A stretch of 64,000 bases of DNA from Tubulanus polymorphus (taxonomy: Eukaryota; Animalia; Nemertea), in NCBI RefSeq assembly GCF_964204645.1, contig NC_134027.1, forward strand, positions 23,770,560 through 23,834,559. Reading direction: 5' to 3'. The position numbers and the translations under genes were made by a program. The notes beneath the pieces are model-generated. The model was not told the origin of the DNA. It saw nothing but the letters and a program-made list of their open reading frames with translations, and did not search any database. This document shows positions 51,401-64,000 of the stretch, piece by piece (positions within the stretch are counted from its first letter, which is position 1; the number at the start of each line of letters is the position of its first letter).

Positions 51401-54400
51401 TTCATGAAAGACGACCCGAAACTGTCCGAATTCGAAGCTCAGATTCTTCACTACGAATTCCTCGAGATGAAAATCATGGCCGAACCCGAGTGGTACGACG
51501 TCGGAGCCATCGCTCTTTACACAGGTAGCTACGATACGGCTGCGTCCGTATGAATCCCTACGACATCATCGAATCAACGTGATTCATGATTCGCTTGGTC
51601 GGGTAACCAAAACCAAGTAGCAGGGGTGGATCGGAGGGAAGGGTGCAGGGGTGAGGGCCCTCGATAAATGTCAAGACACCCTTAAATTTTCGTCGAAATG
51701 AAAATGGAATTATTTAACTGATACTTAAAAAGTTTTAAATCGTAGCTTGTTTTCTGTATTTCCTAAAATGAGGTAATGTTTTCCAATGAGCTTTTTTTTT
51801 CGGGGTGCCCTTTTTGATTATATGATAATATAAGCTCTCCTCACTTAATCAAACCTTAGATCTATCCCTGAGTAGTGCCATTGGCGGAATTTATACAGCC
51901 ATCTTTTCCAGTGATAGTATTCTTGTGCGGTTGAATCCAGATTTCGAATTTAAACTTATTTCTACCTATCTCTCTTTATATAGAAAACCTGAAGTTCGGT
52001 TTGACGACCGAAACGAAAGCGTGGCGCATCCACTACGGAAAAGCTTGCAACACAAAATACCGCACGGAGATGGAGAACGTTTTCGACTTCATCGAAGACC
52101 ACAGCAAACGACTCGGCCGTCCGATCAAGGACCTCGACGATATTCGATTCGCGATGGCCGCTTTGAAGGAGATTCGCGAAGAAGAAATACGCATCGACAT
52201 GGGCATCGGCCCGGTCGAGGTTAGTTATGAAGGCCATAACTTATATGATTTAACTTTTTGGGTTACAGGCATGTGAACGTTACAGGGGCACAGGGGCGGA
52301 TTGACGGGGTTCTGAGGGTTCTGGAATACTGTTGAGCTTGTTTATGCCCCTTGGAGATAGATGCCTCTAAATCAATGGATTTGACTTAAAACTAAAATGC
52401 CATCGTTTTGCATGATCTGGCGTAGAAAGTGCCCCTGAAAACCACAAGTTTGATGTAAAATGCCCTTTTTCGCCGTGATTTGACACAGAAAGTGCCCTCC
52501 ACCATAAAAGTGAGTGCCCTTATATAATTCTGAATCCCTCGAGATGGGCCCTGGCAGGGGATGTGCAAATTCTTTTTTATCAAACAAGTCTATTAGATCA
52601 GAAAGATGAAAAGAATATACATGATATACGAAGTGCTGCAGGGCACATTTTAGGCATCGAGTCCAAATCATGTTCCTCAAATCTGTTACTGAGATTTATG
52701 CACAGCCAAGCTTCTAGAAAATTTCTCGACGGTTTCGAAATATGATTCATTCGATAAATACGAAACGATTGTTTTTCAGGAATCGTACGCGATGTTGAAC
52801 AAACACGAACTGCCCGTCGCTCGCGAGGAGGCCGAACGCGTCGACACGCTGCGCTACTCGTGGGAGAAACTGCAGGCGCAAGCGTCCGAGATCAGCACGC
52901 ACCTGCTGTCGATTCAGCCGAATTTCCGCGGCGACCTCATCGAAGACGTTAAGGTTTTCATCGTCGATTGCGCGTCTTACTACGACGACTACAAGAGCGT
53001 AAGTGCAACTTTGAAATTAGCAATCGGCAATTTTATCACTATCTAGTGTCTATTACTCCTCAGAAAATTCAAGGGAAAGTCCATGTTTATCACCAACCGA
53101 ATAGCTCATTTGCTGTTTATTTTCATGTATTAAAAGTTTGTGTTATCGCTATGCTTTCATATAAACCGCAATCACATGAGCATTTTTGGCCCGTGCCCAA
53201 TTTGGCTAGACTTAAAACGGACCATGCCCGAGGCAAATTTTAGCACGAGTCAACTGATTGCGTTTGAATTGTATCTGGTATGGGAAAATGACCCACTTCA
53301 CTTTGTTCAAGCATTGTTTAGTATTGAGTGAGTGGTTTGCTCTCTAATTAGGCACGGCCGAACTTGGCTCGAGCCTGATTCGTGCCAATTTGGCCGGGGC
53401 CAAATCATCTCCGTGTGATCGCGGCTATAGTCTGCTATAAGATTTGATGAGGTGGGCCATCAAAATCTTGACCTTTCGCTAGACTAGATGAATCCAGTGT
53501 CATCCGAATTAATTCGTAGCCTGATTCTTACTGATAAGCTATTTTATCGATATGTTGTTTGTTGTAGAATGGTCCGATGGTTTCAGGCGTTCAACCGCGC
53601 GAGGCGTCCGATCGTTTGATCATCTTCCAAAACCGATTCGACAACCTGTTCCGCAAATACGAGACGTACACCGGCGGCGAGGACCTGTTCGGCTTGCCGG
53701 TCACCGCCTACCCGGAACTGCTCGCGATCAAGAAAGAGCTGAATCTGTTGCAGAAACTGTACGGTCTCTACAACAACGTCATCGACACGGTGAACGGTTA
53801 CTACGATATAGCGTGGCTCGAAGTCGACATCGAGAAAATCAACGTCGAACTGCAAGACTTCCAGAACAAGTACGTATGGAAAGAGCGCCTTACGCTGTTG
53901 ATTTTCAACCCGTTGGTCCTTTTTTGGTCTTCAACATGAAAGTTTTCCTTGTATCAATGGGGAACCACAACATCGACAGTTCCATCACATCTAATGTACT
54001 CCAAATTAGTTTATTTTCGATCCATTAGTGATAAGTAGAATTTAGAAGTTTCAGTTAAAGTTTTGAAGATAAGTTATTGGATTTTGTTTGAAATGTAGAT
54101 GAAATTGAAGCATGGTGGTAACGGAGTAACTATTTTTTCATATCTGTTTGATCCTCGCTCGCCATAGTAGCTTTTACAATATCCATTTAATGACAAGAAT
54201 CACATTGATTTGTTCGTTCTCCGGTTCCCCAGTTTTTAGCTTAGATTTCACATTAGAATGAATTAACTTTCTGTGTCAATTCGTAACTGTGGAACCGGAT
54301 CCTGAACTAGAAAAAATATCCGTACAAGATGCGGCATTTCACACTCGACGTTTGGCTGACAATATCTGTATATTTTCAGGTGTCGTAAATTGCCGAAAGC

Positions 54401-57400
54401 CCTGAAAGAATGGCAGGCGTTCGAAGAGCTACGGCAGACGATCGACGACTTCAACGAGATGGTTCCGCTGTTGGAGCTGATGGCGAATAAGGCGATGAAG
54501 CCTCGTCACTGGCAGCGAATCGCCGAGACAACCGGCCACGTATTCGACGTGGAAGGCGACAATTTCACCCTGCGCAACATTCTCGAGGCCCCGCTTCTGC
54601 AGTTCAAAGAAGAAATTGAGGTTTGTATGCGCTGTATTTCAAACGGCTGAACATATCGCTATGTTGCTAAAGTTACTGCGGACACAGTTTCAGAATTATA
54701 GTTGTATCAATCATATTGTTAAAGTCATCAGGGAATACTGATCGTTGACGTAATTGAGCATGAGGTCGTCTCATTAGTAAATCATTATTTTACTGAATCG
54801 TTGAATTCATTGAGAATGAGACGGTTGTCATTAGTAGCTGATTACAATTTTACTGAATCATCGAAGTAATTGAGTATGAGAAGAACTAATCATAATTTTA
54901 CTGAATTGTTGAATTCATTGAGAATGAGACGGTTGTCATTAGTAGCTGATTATAATTTTACTGATCATTGAAGTAATTGAGTATGAGCAGAACTAATCAT
55001 CATAATTTTACTGAATCTTCAAAGTCATTGAGAATGAGGCTCATCATTCTTAACTAATCATAATTCCACTGAATTGTTGAAGTCGTTGAAAATTAGGTGA
55101 TAATCGTCATTTAGTAATCATATAACTAATCATATTTTTACTGGATTTTCATTGAAGTCATCGAAAATGAAAATCTCGATGTAAGTAATTGAGTAAGTAC
55201 GAACTACACGTATTTTTCGATAATCTTTACAAACAGGATATTTGTATCTCGGCCGTGAAAGAGAAGGACATCGAAGCGAAACTGAAACAGGTCATCGCCG
55301 AGTGGCAAGGCCACGATTTCACGTTCGGCAACTTCAAATCTCGCGGCGAACTGTTGTTGCGCGGCGACTCGACCGGCGAGATCATCTCGCAGATGGAGGA
55401 CTCGTTGATGATTCTGAGTTCGTTGATGAGCAATCGGTACAACGCGCCGTTCAAGAAGCAAATTCAAACCTGGGTCCAGAACCTGTCCAATTCGACGGAG
55501 ATCATCGAGAATTGGATGACCGTGCAGAACTTGTGGGTCTATTTGGAGGCCGTGTTCGTCGGTGGCGACATCGCGAAACAGCTGCCTAAGGTGAGATTTA
55601 GCTTCGCAGAAACAACTTTTCAAATTTCGGGGGTCAGTCGCTCGAAGGTTGGTGAAAGATAACCAGTGGATAAATACCATATATATGATGTAGTTTTCAT
55701 TATCACTAAGTCAACTATCCACTGGTTAACTCTAACCAACTCTTGAGCAACTGGCAACCGGGTCCAGATATGGTTTTCTTATTCGCTGGTTGGTGAAATG
55801 ACACCTAGTCGTCCTACCACGGAGCGTGTCTAACATTAGGACATATTCTATCAAAGCTTAGTTGATTTTGGAATAACTTTCGTCTTCATCGACCTACCAC
55901 ATCCATAAATTAGACAAACTACACTAGATAAACTCAAATTGATGTTAAGGGATGATACACATATGGCTCAATTTCTATATGTCGATGAGTTTGAGAAATT
56001 GCGGATAGATTTTGATTGAATCCGCGATGAAATCCGGCACGATTGGTGTCCTAGTGCGCACGAGCAACACCTGGTGGATCCTCACTAGCCACGAGTCCTC
56101 AATACCAGATTGATCGAGGCAGAATTTGAAAACCAAACCATACGCTATGTTCTCTCGATTGTAGGAAGCGAAACGATTTTCGAACATCGACAAATCGTGG
56201 ATTAAGATCATGACGCGTGCGCACGAGACTCCGAACGTCATCAATTGTTGCGTCGCCGACGAGACAATGAGTCAGTTGTTGCCGCATCTGTTGGAGCAAC
56301 TCGAACTGTGTCAGAAATCTCTTACCGGGTGAGTGCCGCTGACTTCTTGGAAACTCCCTGTCTTTCCCTGTGGTGAAAAACTTCCACTTAAATTTGGTAT
56401 AATAGAAATAGAAATCTTTCCTCAGTAGGCATTATCAGTGAATTTGAACACGAAATTTTTGACCTAAGATCTAGATTTCAAGTTGGCTTTGCCTAAATCT
56501 TAAAACGTTCTAGAACCAATCATTTTTGTTTGGGCAATGTAGATTATGATGTTTTAAGAATATTATTTTCTACTTCCCTGCATGATAAACGTGTCTCTTT
56601 ATAAACGTGCCTAACTCCAATGGGTACTAATAGATCGTCTGCTATCCATTAGATGAAGTCTCTGTCTTTCATGAAGTCTGAAAATCAAGAGGTTAATCAT
56701 GAAAACTATCTTCGCTAAATTTCTCCCCGAATTCTCTCTTTTTGCAGGTATCTCGAAAAGAAACGTTTGTTGTTCCCGCGATTTTTCTTCGTCTCCGACC
56801 CGGCGTTGTTGGAGATTCTCGGTCAGGCGAGCGACCCGCACACGATTCAGGCTCATCTGCTGTCCATATTCGACAACACGAATAAGGTGCAATTCCACGA
56901 GAAACAGTACGACATGATTCTCGATATTCAGTCGTGCGAAGGCGAGGTCGTCGAGGTAAGAGAAAGACGGTAGTGTTATTTCGGCAAATAGGGCCCATGA
57001 AAATGGACCTGACTATAGCTACTATTTGAGAGTAGTTTCGACTCTTTTCAAGAGCTGAACTTCTCGCAAAAATATCAAAATACAAGAACTATCATTGATA
57101 GAAGACCCACGATATTAATTTGAACAACTGTTATTTTTTTTCTTACGTTTTGGATTGATTTTCAAATAAACTGGAAGATGGGTGGAGGGATTCTACCTGA
57201 AGCATAAACAATAACAGTTGTGCAAATTGATATTGTGGTTTTCTCTCGATATTCATCAAGACTGAAAATAGTCTGAACTATTTGCATATCGAAATAACTC
57301 TTGAAATCGGAATGATTTCTAGTTCATTTTCAATTAAACTACTGTTTTTGATGTCAATATATATATTACGCTGATTTTTTGGTGAAATCTGCTACAATTC

Positions 57401-60400
57401 CGAGGTATCAGGTCTTCTGGTCTGTATATGTCTAATACTGGTATCAACGGAAATAGATGATCTGAGCTTTCTATGAAGTATAACAGTTTTGTACGAAGCC
57501 TGAAAGATAAAAGATCCTCCAAGATGGTTTTTTTTTCAATATGACTAATAGTTGCTTCTAGCTCGAACTTATCTATATTTGATCTGATGAAATTTTTTCA
57601 GTTGGAAAAACCGGTAAAAGCCGAGGGTAACGTCGAAGTGTGGCTGATGTCGCTGATGATGATGGCTCAGAAATCTTTACACGGCGTTATACGCACGGCT
57701 TACATGGCCATACAGGATACGAGCTTCAATCTGTTGGAGTTTTTGAGTATGTTCCCGGCTCAGGTGAGAACTTTTGAAATAAAATTTTAATCAGCCGAAT
57801 GTTTTGAAATATAAAGTGCCTATCAACTTACTCATTATCGAAACCTTCGCACTGTGTTATTGAAAACGATCTGGATTCAGTCTGAATTCAGTCAATTCAA
57901 ATCAACCGAGTATACCATGCCAGCGAAAAGTTCACTCTAAGTCGGTCGGTTTCATATTACGACCGGCCCATTTAGCCAGACCAAAGTGCCTGTTCCAGGT
58001 TTGGTATGAATTCTCTATTCTAGAATGGACCATTTCTTTTTGTGAAAAGTAACTTTGCTTTAATTTCCTGTCAAACGATGTTGCACCTTGCTGGACCAGT
58101 GATAACTGCTGAAAACGTCAGCATAACATTGATTTGATCTCAATTGGTCCATTCCATATAGAAGCAATAGTGTGAACTTTGCTTATGTGGTAATATTCCT
58201 ACCCAGAATTGCATTGTTTTTGTCTGCAGGTCGGTTTGCTGGGTCTGCAGTTGATCTGGACTCGAGATTCGACCGACGCGTTGACGAACGCTCGTTACGA
58301 TCGTAAAGTGATGCAGCAAACGAATCAGGGATTCCTCGAATTGTTGAACATTCTCATCGAGCAGACGACCAGAGATCTGACGAAGGTCGAACGAACGAAG
58401 TTCGAAACTTTGATCACGATTCACGTGCATCAACGCGACATCTTCGACGAAATGGTAACTTTTTTAGGCAGTTTTCATATTACGTAGCCATTTTCACTCC
58501 GGATCCAGTTTCACAGAAGTTGGAACTCTAGGGTTAAAAGGGTCTACAGTCACTGCAGTCACTACCTGTGACATTGGAATCAAAATAACTCTTAAACTGT
58601 GGAACTTGGTCCCAGTTTCTGGAAATTAGAAATCAAAATTTGCCTTCAAAGTCAAAATTCAATGATCTGCTGGGATATGCAGGGATAGAGAGCCAGTTTG
58701 AGCTCAGCTTTTGAGATTTTTTTCATTTTCAATGTTTTCTGTCATTGACCTCTGGAGATTTTAGACGTCATTTTACGCTTTTCAGCTCAAGCAAAGGCAG
58801 ATCTATTGGGGGGGGGGAGGGAGGTGGACCAGGTCGATTAGTCCACCACCTTAAGATTTCGAAAAAATTTTCAAATATTCCATTTCCTTTGCAACGCTTC
58901 TTCCTCTTGTAGTGTACGAAGCACATCAAGACTCCGGCCGACTTCGAATGGTTGAAGCAGACGCGATTCTATTTCGTCGAGGACACCGACAAATGTTTGA
59001 TTCAAATTACTGATGTCGATTTCTTGTATCAGAACGAGTTCTTGGGTTGTACGGAACGTCTTGTCATCACTCCGCTGACTGATAGGTGAGCAGCATCAAA
59101 AGTTATACTCATGCTCTGCAATTTTTGAAAAAATCTACAAAGGTCGATGAAAAGTTTTATCTGCAGAGTTGTCACTGATTTAGAAAACCTGAAAAAATCG
59201 GGGACTTCTTGGGTGATCTAATGAATATATAATTTAATCGATTTTTGCACATCTTAGAAATCAGGGATTACTCAGCGAATTTGAAAGATTTATTTTATAC
59301 CTTGAAAACTTTGCCTTCTAACGTGGAAAACTCAAAAGGAAATTCAGAAATTCCAAAAAGCGATTTAAAGTTTATTGAGAAAGTTTAGAGCATAAATCGA
59401 ACTCTCTCCAAAACTTCAATTCCCATTCTTTTTCAGGTGTTATATCACACTGGCTCAGGCTTTGGGCATGTCGATGGGCGGTGCACCGGCGGGGCCAGCC
59501 GGTACCGGTAAAACAGAAACCGTCAAAGATATGGGTCGATGTCTTGGAAAGTATGTGGTCGTATTTAATTGTTCCGATCAGATGGATTTCCGAGGTTTAG
59601 GACGTATTTTCAAAGGTAAAATATAGATTTTTAAATGAAGATTGTTTGAGTCACAGCTTGCATCACTGTGAATATCGTCGGTTTAATTGTCTTCAAAATG
59701 AATCATAGCATAAATCCATGTTTTACCCCTGTATTACTCCTACTCATTTAGCTCCTGTATCTAATATTTAGCTCTGCCAATATCTCAATAATTAGGACAT
59801 TTGGATAATGTTAAGGAAACTTTCAGTCTGTGTTTTAACAATATACAATAAAATCCCACAATAAGATATAAAATTTGAGCGCGAAATCTTTCCTTGAGAC
59901 CTTGAGATCTTTCCTTGTCTATTTTGACATTTTATTCTTTAAGTCATTTGGAGCCATCCCGTTCTCTACTTGCTTGCTACGACTGTACTTCATTTTAGTG
60001 CCGACTAAAAATGTCCCACACTGAAACTTAATTACTGATTGCCTGACTTCTGAATGGAAGTTTTGATTATTTGCGGTCGTTATTTCAGGTCTGGCTCAGT
60101 CCGGTTCGTGGGGTTGTTTCGACGAGTTCAATCGTATCGAGTTGCCCGTGTTGTCGGTCGCCGCTCAGCAGATCGCGATCGTTCTCACTTGCCGCAAAGA
60201 ACGCAAGAAGACGTTCATTTTCACCGACGGGGACAGCGTCATCATGAACCCCGAGTTCGGTATTTTCTTGACAATGGTTAGTAGATGAATGATTTGATTT
60301 TGAAATTCATAGTAGGCTGTGAAGTAAGACCACTCTTAAGACCATTGTTAGTTTTGCTTAAGAGTTTTGACCAAAATGGACTCGGACTGTACAGTGCATC

Positions 60401-63400
60401 TGTGGCCCCTGTTATTTCAATTCCTAGGGTACTACAGTTTACTCGAAAATATTTCCGTCCCCTATGCTGGTCCACGACATAAATTAGTTCACTTATTTGC
60501 AAATACCTATATCCCTGATTCTCATTTAAAGTCACAACTACTCTAGCCAATATGTAAGGCAGAGTTTACTCTAGCTATTATTTTGCTGTTGGTCAATCAT
60601 CTTGTCAACTTTTGTGCTGGCAACAGATTTGACTTCGAATGGAAACAGGACAAAATCTGTCTTTCAATTGATCTTTTAATGAAGCAATGATCCACAGGAT
60701 CCAGTTCCATAGTTCTGCGTTAGATTTGATTCTGGAGTTATAGCATCGAAAATGAACTGATTATAACTCTCCAAATCACGACTATGGAACCGAGCTCAGG
60801 TATCAAACTATTTGAACATTTCAGAACCCCGGATACGCCGGTCGCCAAGAACTGCCGGAAAATCTGAAAATCAACTTCCGTACGGTGGCCATGATGGTAC
60901 CCGACCGACAGATCATCATTCGCGTGAAGCTCGCCAGTTGCGGTTTCCAGGAGAACGTCGTGCTGGCGCGTAAATTCTACACGTTGTACAAACTGTGCGA
61001 GGAACAGCTCACGAAACAGGTGCACTACGATTTCGGTTTGCGTAACATTTTGTCGGTGCTGCGTACGCTCGGTGCGGCGAAACGCGCCAGCCCCGACGAC
61101 ACGGAGCCGACGACCGTGATGAGAGTTCTGCGCGATATGAACCTGTCGAAGCTCGTCGATCAGGACGAACCGCTGTTCTTGTCGTTGATCGACGATTTGT
61201 TCCCGGGAATCGTTTTGGACAAGGCCGGTTATCCGGAGCTCGAGGCGGCGATAGCTCGCAATACGGAAGACGCGAAATTGGTCGTTCATCCGCCGTGGAT
61301 CCTGAAAATTGTACAGGTAAATATGTTCTTTTCAAGCCACCTTCAGAATTTGGGAATTGCAATTTATCACGGCAACATGCACCAACCAACCCCAAACATA
61401 GTGGTATATGTAATAATGTACTATGGAAAGTTAGTAGGAAAAGAGATTCCCACAAAAGTAACAAAAAACAATATACAGTTTTGAAAATTTTCCATCAGCT
61501 AGAAGTTTATTCAAAGTTTCGACTATATTCTAATAGCCAATAATCATCATCAGGAATACTATTTTATGATGAATATTAGGATATACAGTGGAACCTCGTT
61601 GCTACAGAAAATCTGTTCGTTATAACTGATTGCTCACTTTTATATCCAGTATGGAAGTAATCGATATTTCCGTATTTAGGACGAAATTCTAGGTTGTTTT
61701 AACCGATAAATTGTTAAAACGAGGTTCCACTGTAGTTGAAACGTTGAATAAATTACTAGATGAAGGTAGAATTTTCGGGCTGTATTATTTCATTTCACTT
61801 GAAAGTATCTTAATAAGTACCCATCAGTCGGTCCTTGACAAGCATCTAAAACATGTTCGATCTATGAAATTGTAGTTGTTCGAGACGCAGAGAGTACGTC
61901 ACGGTATGATGGCTCTAGGTCCGAGCGGCGCCGGTAAGACGTGCTGTATTCACACGCTGATGAAAGCGATGACCGATTGCGGCGAACCGCATCGCGAAAT
62001 GAGAATGAACCCGAAAGCGATAACGGCGCCTCAAATGTTCGGTTTGTTGGACGTTGCGACCAACGATTGGACGGACGGTATCTTCTCAACTCTGTGGAGA
62101 CGAACGTTAAAAGCGAAGAAAGGTTCGTGTTTCATTCGTGATATGATATGATAACTCTCAAATTCTCCATTCCTTTTCCTCTACAAAGATGTCTGCTTGT
62201 GATAACCTTGGCATATTCATTGTTGCATTGACTGGAACTCACTTCATCGATGATAATGCATGAATGATGGAGCAGTCCCATGTGTTTTTTGGCACTTGAA
62301 GAGTCTGAAATTTTGACAGATTATCAAATCAAAAAGATGTTAATGTTTTCATTGTCTTGATGAATATTGATGACTTTCTTAGACTGACAAGTCATAAACT
62401 TATTTTCAATGCCAACCAGCCGTGAAATACGAATTTAGCTTTATAAGTTTTAATTGTATAAGAGTTTTGTACCGCGGCAGTCTCGATGCCATCAGGTTTG
62501 AATCCCCGCCGGGGGAAGATGTAGCGTTGGGACTGTAAATATATCACCGAGTTGAGAATCTTCTGTAAAACATTTAAATATTGATACGTTCTTGTTTTTC
62601 TCCAATCAGGTGAGCATATCTGGATTGTATTGGACGGGCCGGTCGACGCGATTTGGATCGAGAATTTGAACTCGGTTTTGGACGACACGAAGAAGTTGAC
62701 GCTGGCCAACGGCGATCGTATTCCGATGGCGCCGAACTGTAAAATCATCTTCGAACCGCACAACATCGATAACGCGTCGCCCGCGACTGTATCCAGGAAC
62801 GGTATGGTCTACATGAGCAGCTCGGGTCTCGACTGGAAACCTATTCTTCAGGTACAACCAATTTATCCATTCGATTCTTACGACAATTTCTAATCCTATG
62901 ATGCTGGGAGAAAAATACTATTCCTAACGAAATCCGGGGCTGGTTCCATAGTTGAGACTTAAGGTGGCCCCCTAAGTGGGCTTAACTCTTAAGATTGGTC
63001 TTAAGTTGTTAGATTGGCTAAAAGACTGACATGGTCTTAGATGAATCTTTAAGTCTAAGTCATAGTTTGCCTGACGGAAGTCACCAGGATCGTCATTCGG
63101 AACAACCATGGCAGCATCTGGTAGGGTAGACTTTAAAAGTGACATTGACGATAATGATGAAAATGATCATGAATTTTGTGCAATTAATTGAAACTCTGAG
63201 AAAATGGAATCAAGAAACAATGGAAACCTTTAAGGGGTTAAGGTTAGATGCCGTAAGAACCAGGTTTGAAATCTTACTCCGAATTTCAGGGATGGTTGAA
63301 CAATCGTCAAGCGGGCGAGGCCGATATCATCATGGATCTATTCGAGTCGTCGTTCCCAGCGATCTACCGCTTCTGTACGCAAAACCTGATCTTCAAAATG

Positions 63401-63674
63401 GAGGTTCTCGAAGCGTTCGTCATCAGCCAGGCGTGCAACATCCTCGAAGGTTTGATTCCGTCGAAGGACGAACGAGAGGGCGCCATCAGTCGGCAACATT
63501 TCGCGCGGTTCTACGTGTTCACGGTGATGTGGAGTTTGGGCGCGTTTTTCGAATTGGACGACCGCGCGAAACTCGAAGAGTTCATACGAAAGAACGACGA
63601 GTTCACGCTAGACCTGCCCGACACGTCGAAGGTCACCGATTCGACGATGTTCGATTTCATGATCAACAACGACG
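36478..63674 (+). CDS. DNAH5: Axonemal outer-arm dynein heavy chain (DNAH5/DNAH8 family, gamma-type), 34 common exons, 3'-partial
   Basis: Exons: 36478-36612, 37721-37808, 40175-40335, 40960-41164, 41390-41553, 42079-42255, 42822-42935, 43431-43538, 44171-44480, 44923-45059, 45669-45897, 46550-46731, 47251-47457, 48039-48356, 48789-48939, 49493-49750, 50280-50707, 51323-51524, 51984-52219, 52780-52998, 53568-53869, 54380-54620, 55237-55590, 56165-56328, 56748-56955, 57602-57763, 58230-58454, 58913-59085, 59437-59615, 60089-60276, 60825-61316, 61876-62122, 62610-62851, 63290-63674. All borders are GT-AG and phases are compatible. Starts [14 protein letters not shown]...EVEDAILEG (DNAH5-like); DHC_N1 and DHC_N2 regions; AAA1 [26 protein letters not shown]; AAA2 [26 protein letters not shown]. 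Confidence 0.97.
36700..37215. repeat. Degenerate tandem repeat, about 110-bp unit, intronic
   Basis: CTTCACCTGAGACATT...TGAAAATGAACTACAAA...CACACTTTCAAAAACT recurs about 5 times. Confidence 0.8.
39022..39075 (+). CDS. Candidate 54-nt cassette exon of the dynein ([18 protein letters not shown])
   Basis: tttcag| ... |gtagga; symmetric phase 1 matching the host intron 37809-40174; no stop in the required frame. Confidence 0.45.
42408..42686. mobile_element. piggyBac-type MITE, second copy, intronic
   Basis: TTAA|CCCTTTCAGTGC...GCACTGAAAGGG|TTAA; highly similar to 12791-13078. Confidence 0.9.
43890..44190 (+). repeat. Tandem duplication (85-91 bp) of an intron/exon junction
   Basis: TAG|ATCAC..(AT)CAAATGATC recurs after 43908, 43993, 44084 and the true acceptor at 44170. 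Confidence 0.8.
46030..46510. repeat. 39-bp satellite family S2, about 12 copies (also 43195-43350 and 44530-44880)
   Basis: Unit TGGAACTGGATCCAGAGTCAAATTAAACCCACACAACTG. Confidence 0.95.
48950..49200. repeat. Degenerate purine-rich tandem repeat, about 22-24-bp unit
   Basis: GAAGAAATCAGGGGTAGTTT-like units. Confidence 0.7.
50866..51151. mobile_element. Inverted dimer of the GGGGCCAGTT-TIR MITE
   Basis: Copy 1 at 50866-51009 and copy 2 inverted at 51007-51151, sharing CTG at the junction. Confidence 0.85.
52291..52560. mobile_element. Dispersed non-autonomous element, homolog of 12028-12281
   Basis: Shared internal sequence and CAGGGGCGGAT end. Confidence 0.7.
54740..55170. repeat. Degenerate AT-rich tandem repeat, about 50-60-bp unit
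   Basis: TTTACTGAAT...GAA(T/G)T(C/A)ATTGAG(A/T)ATGAG recurs about 8 times. Confidence 0.75.
61586..61732. mobile_element. Tc1/mariner-type MITE, 147 bp
   Basis: TA|CAGTGGAACCTCGTT ... AACGAGGTTCCACTG|TA. Confidence 0.85.
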
Positions 63675-63820
63675 GTCAGTACGCTTTCAAATTTTCAAGT
63701 AAACTCCAGCACTGCACATTGTTATGTTCTAACAGTCGAGAAAAGACTTGAAGAAAATACCAAGTGCTAAGATTTTAATGTTTGTTAACCCCAGTGCCGA
63801 CTAATTATCATCCCAATGTG

Positions 63821-63964
63821 CAGGGGCCAGTTGCACAGTCGTGACTTAAGGCAAAAAGTGGTCTTAAATCTTAAGACCGGTCTTAAGTTGTTAGATTGGC
63901 TATAGAACTAAGTTGGTCTTAGACTGGTCTTAAGTCTAAGCCATGACTATGCGACCGGCCCCTG
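63821..63964. mobile_element. MITE, 144 bp (partial copy at 62934-63066)
   Basis: CAGGGGCCAGTTGCACAGTC ... GACTATGCGACCGGCCCCTG; the interior contains the S1 satellite core. Confidence 0.85.
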
Positions 63965-64000
63965 GAGATAATTTGAAAACATTTCCATGCCAGTGTATTA

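Noticed and set aside
49449-62857. Many antisense or off-frame ORFs over dynein exons (e.g. 55204-55680, 60738-61289, 61009-61464)
   Set aside because: Shadows of GC-rich, codon-biased dynein exons.

Overview
Eukaryotic DNA: intron-rich and AT-rich with GT-AG introns, most consistent with an invertebrate animal, probably a spiralian/lophotrochozoan (inferred from gene families only). The window is dominated by the 5' half of an axonemal outer-arm dynein heavy chain gene (DNAH5/DNAH8 family, + strand). Its 34 common exons (36478-63674) splice in frame by hand (7591 nt, about 2530 codons) and run off the window after AAA2. The first common exon has no start codon of its own. Instead, the 26 kb upstream hold about eight separate short ATG-to-donor segments (10277, 18652, 22275, 23875, 28518, 31126, 33669, 35884), most in CpG-rich patches and all ending in phase 0. 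This suggests an array of alternative promoters/first exons giving one dynein motor many different N-termini, some rich in PKA-type motifs. An intronless class A GPCR lies antisense inside this array, and an internally deleted pseudogene copy lies at about 9 kb. The left end carries a small secreted astacin-prodomain-like gene, a 4-exon CBM20-like gene with RFX X-boxes and an intronless ATP-grasp ligase. Non-coding DNA is full of MITEs, MITE-derived tandem repeats and Penelope-like palindromes with degenerate hammerhead cores. All gene models are manual and unverified by transcripts.
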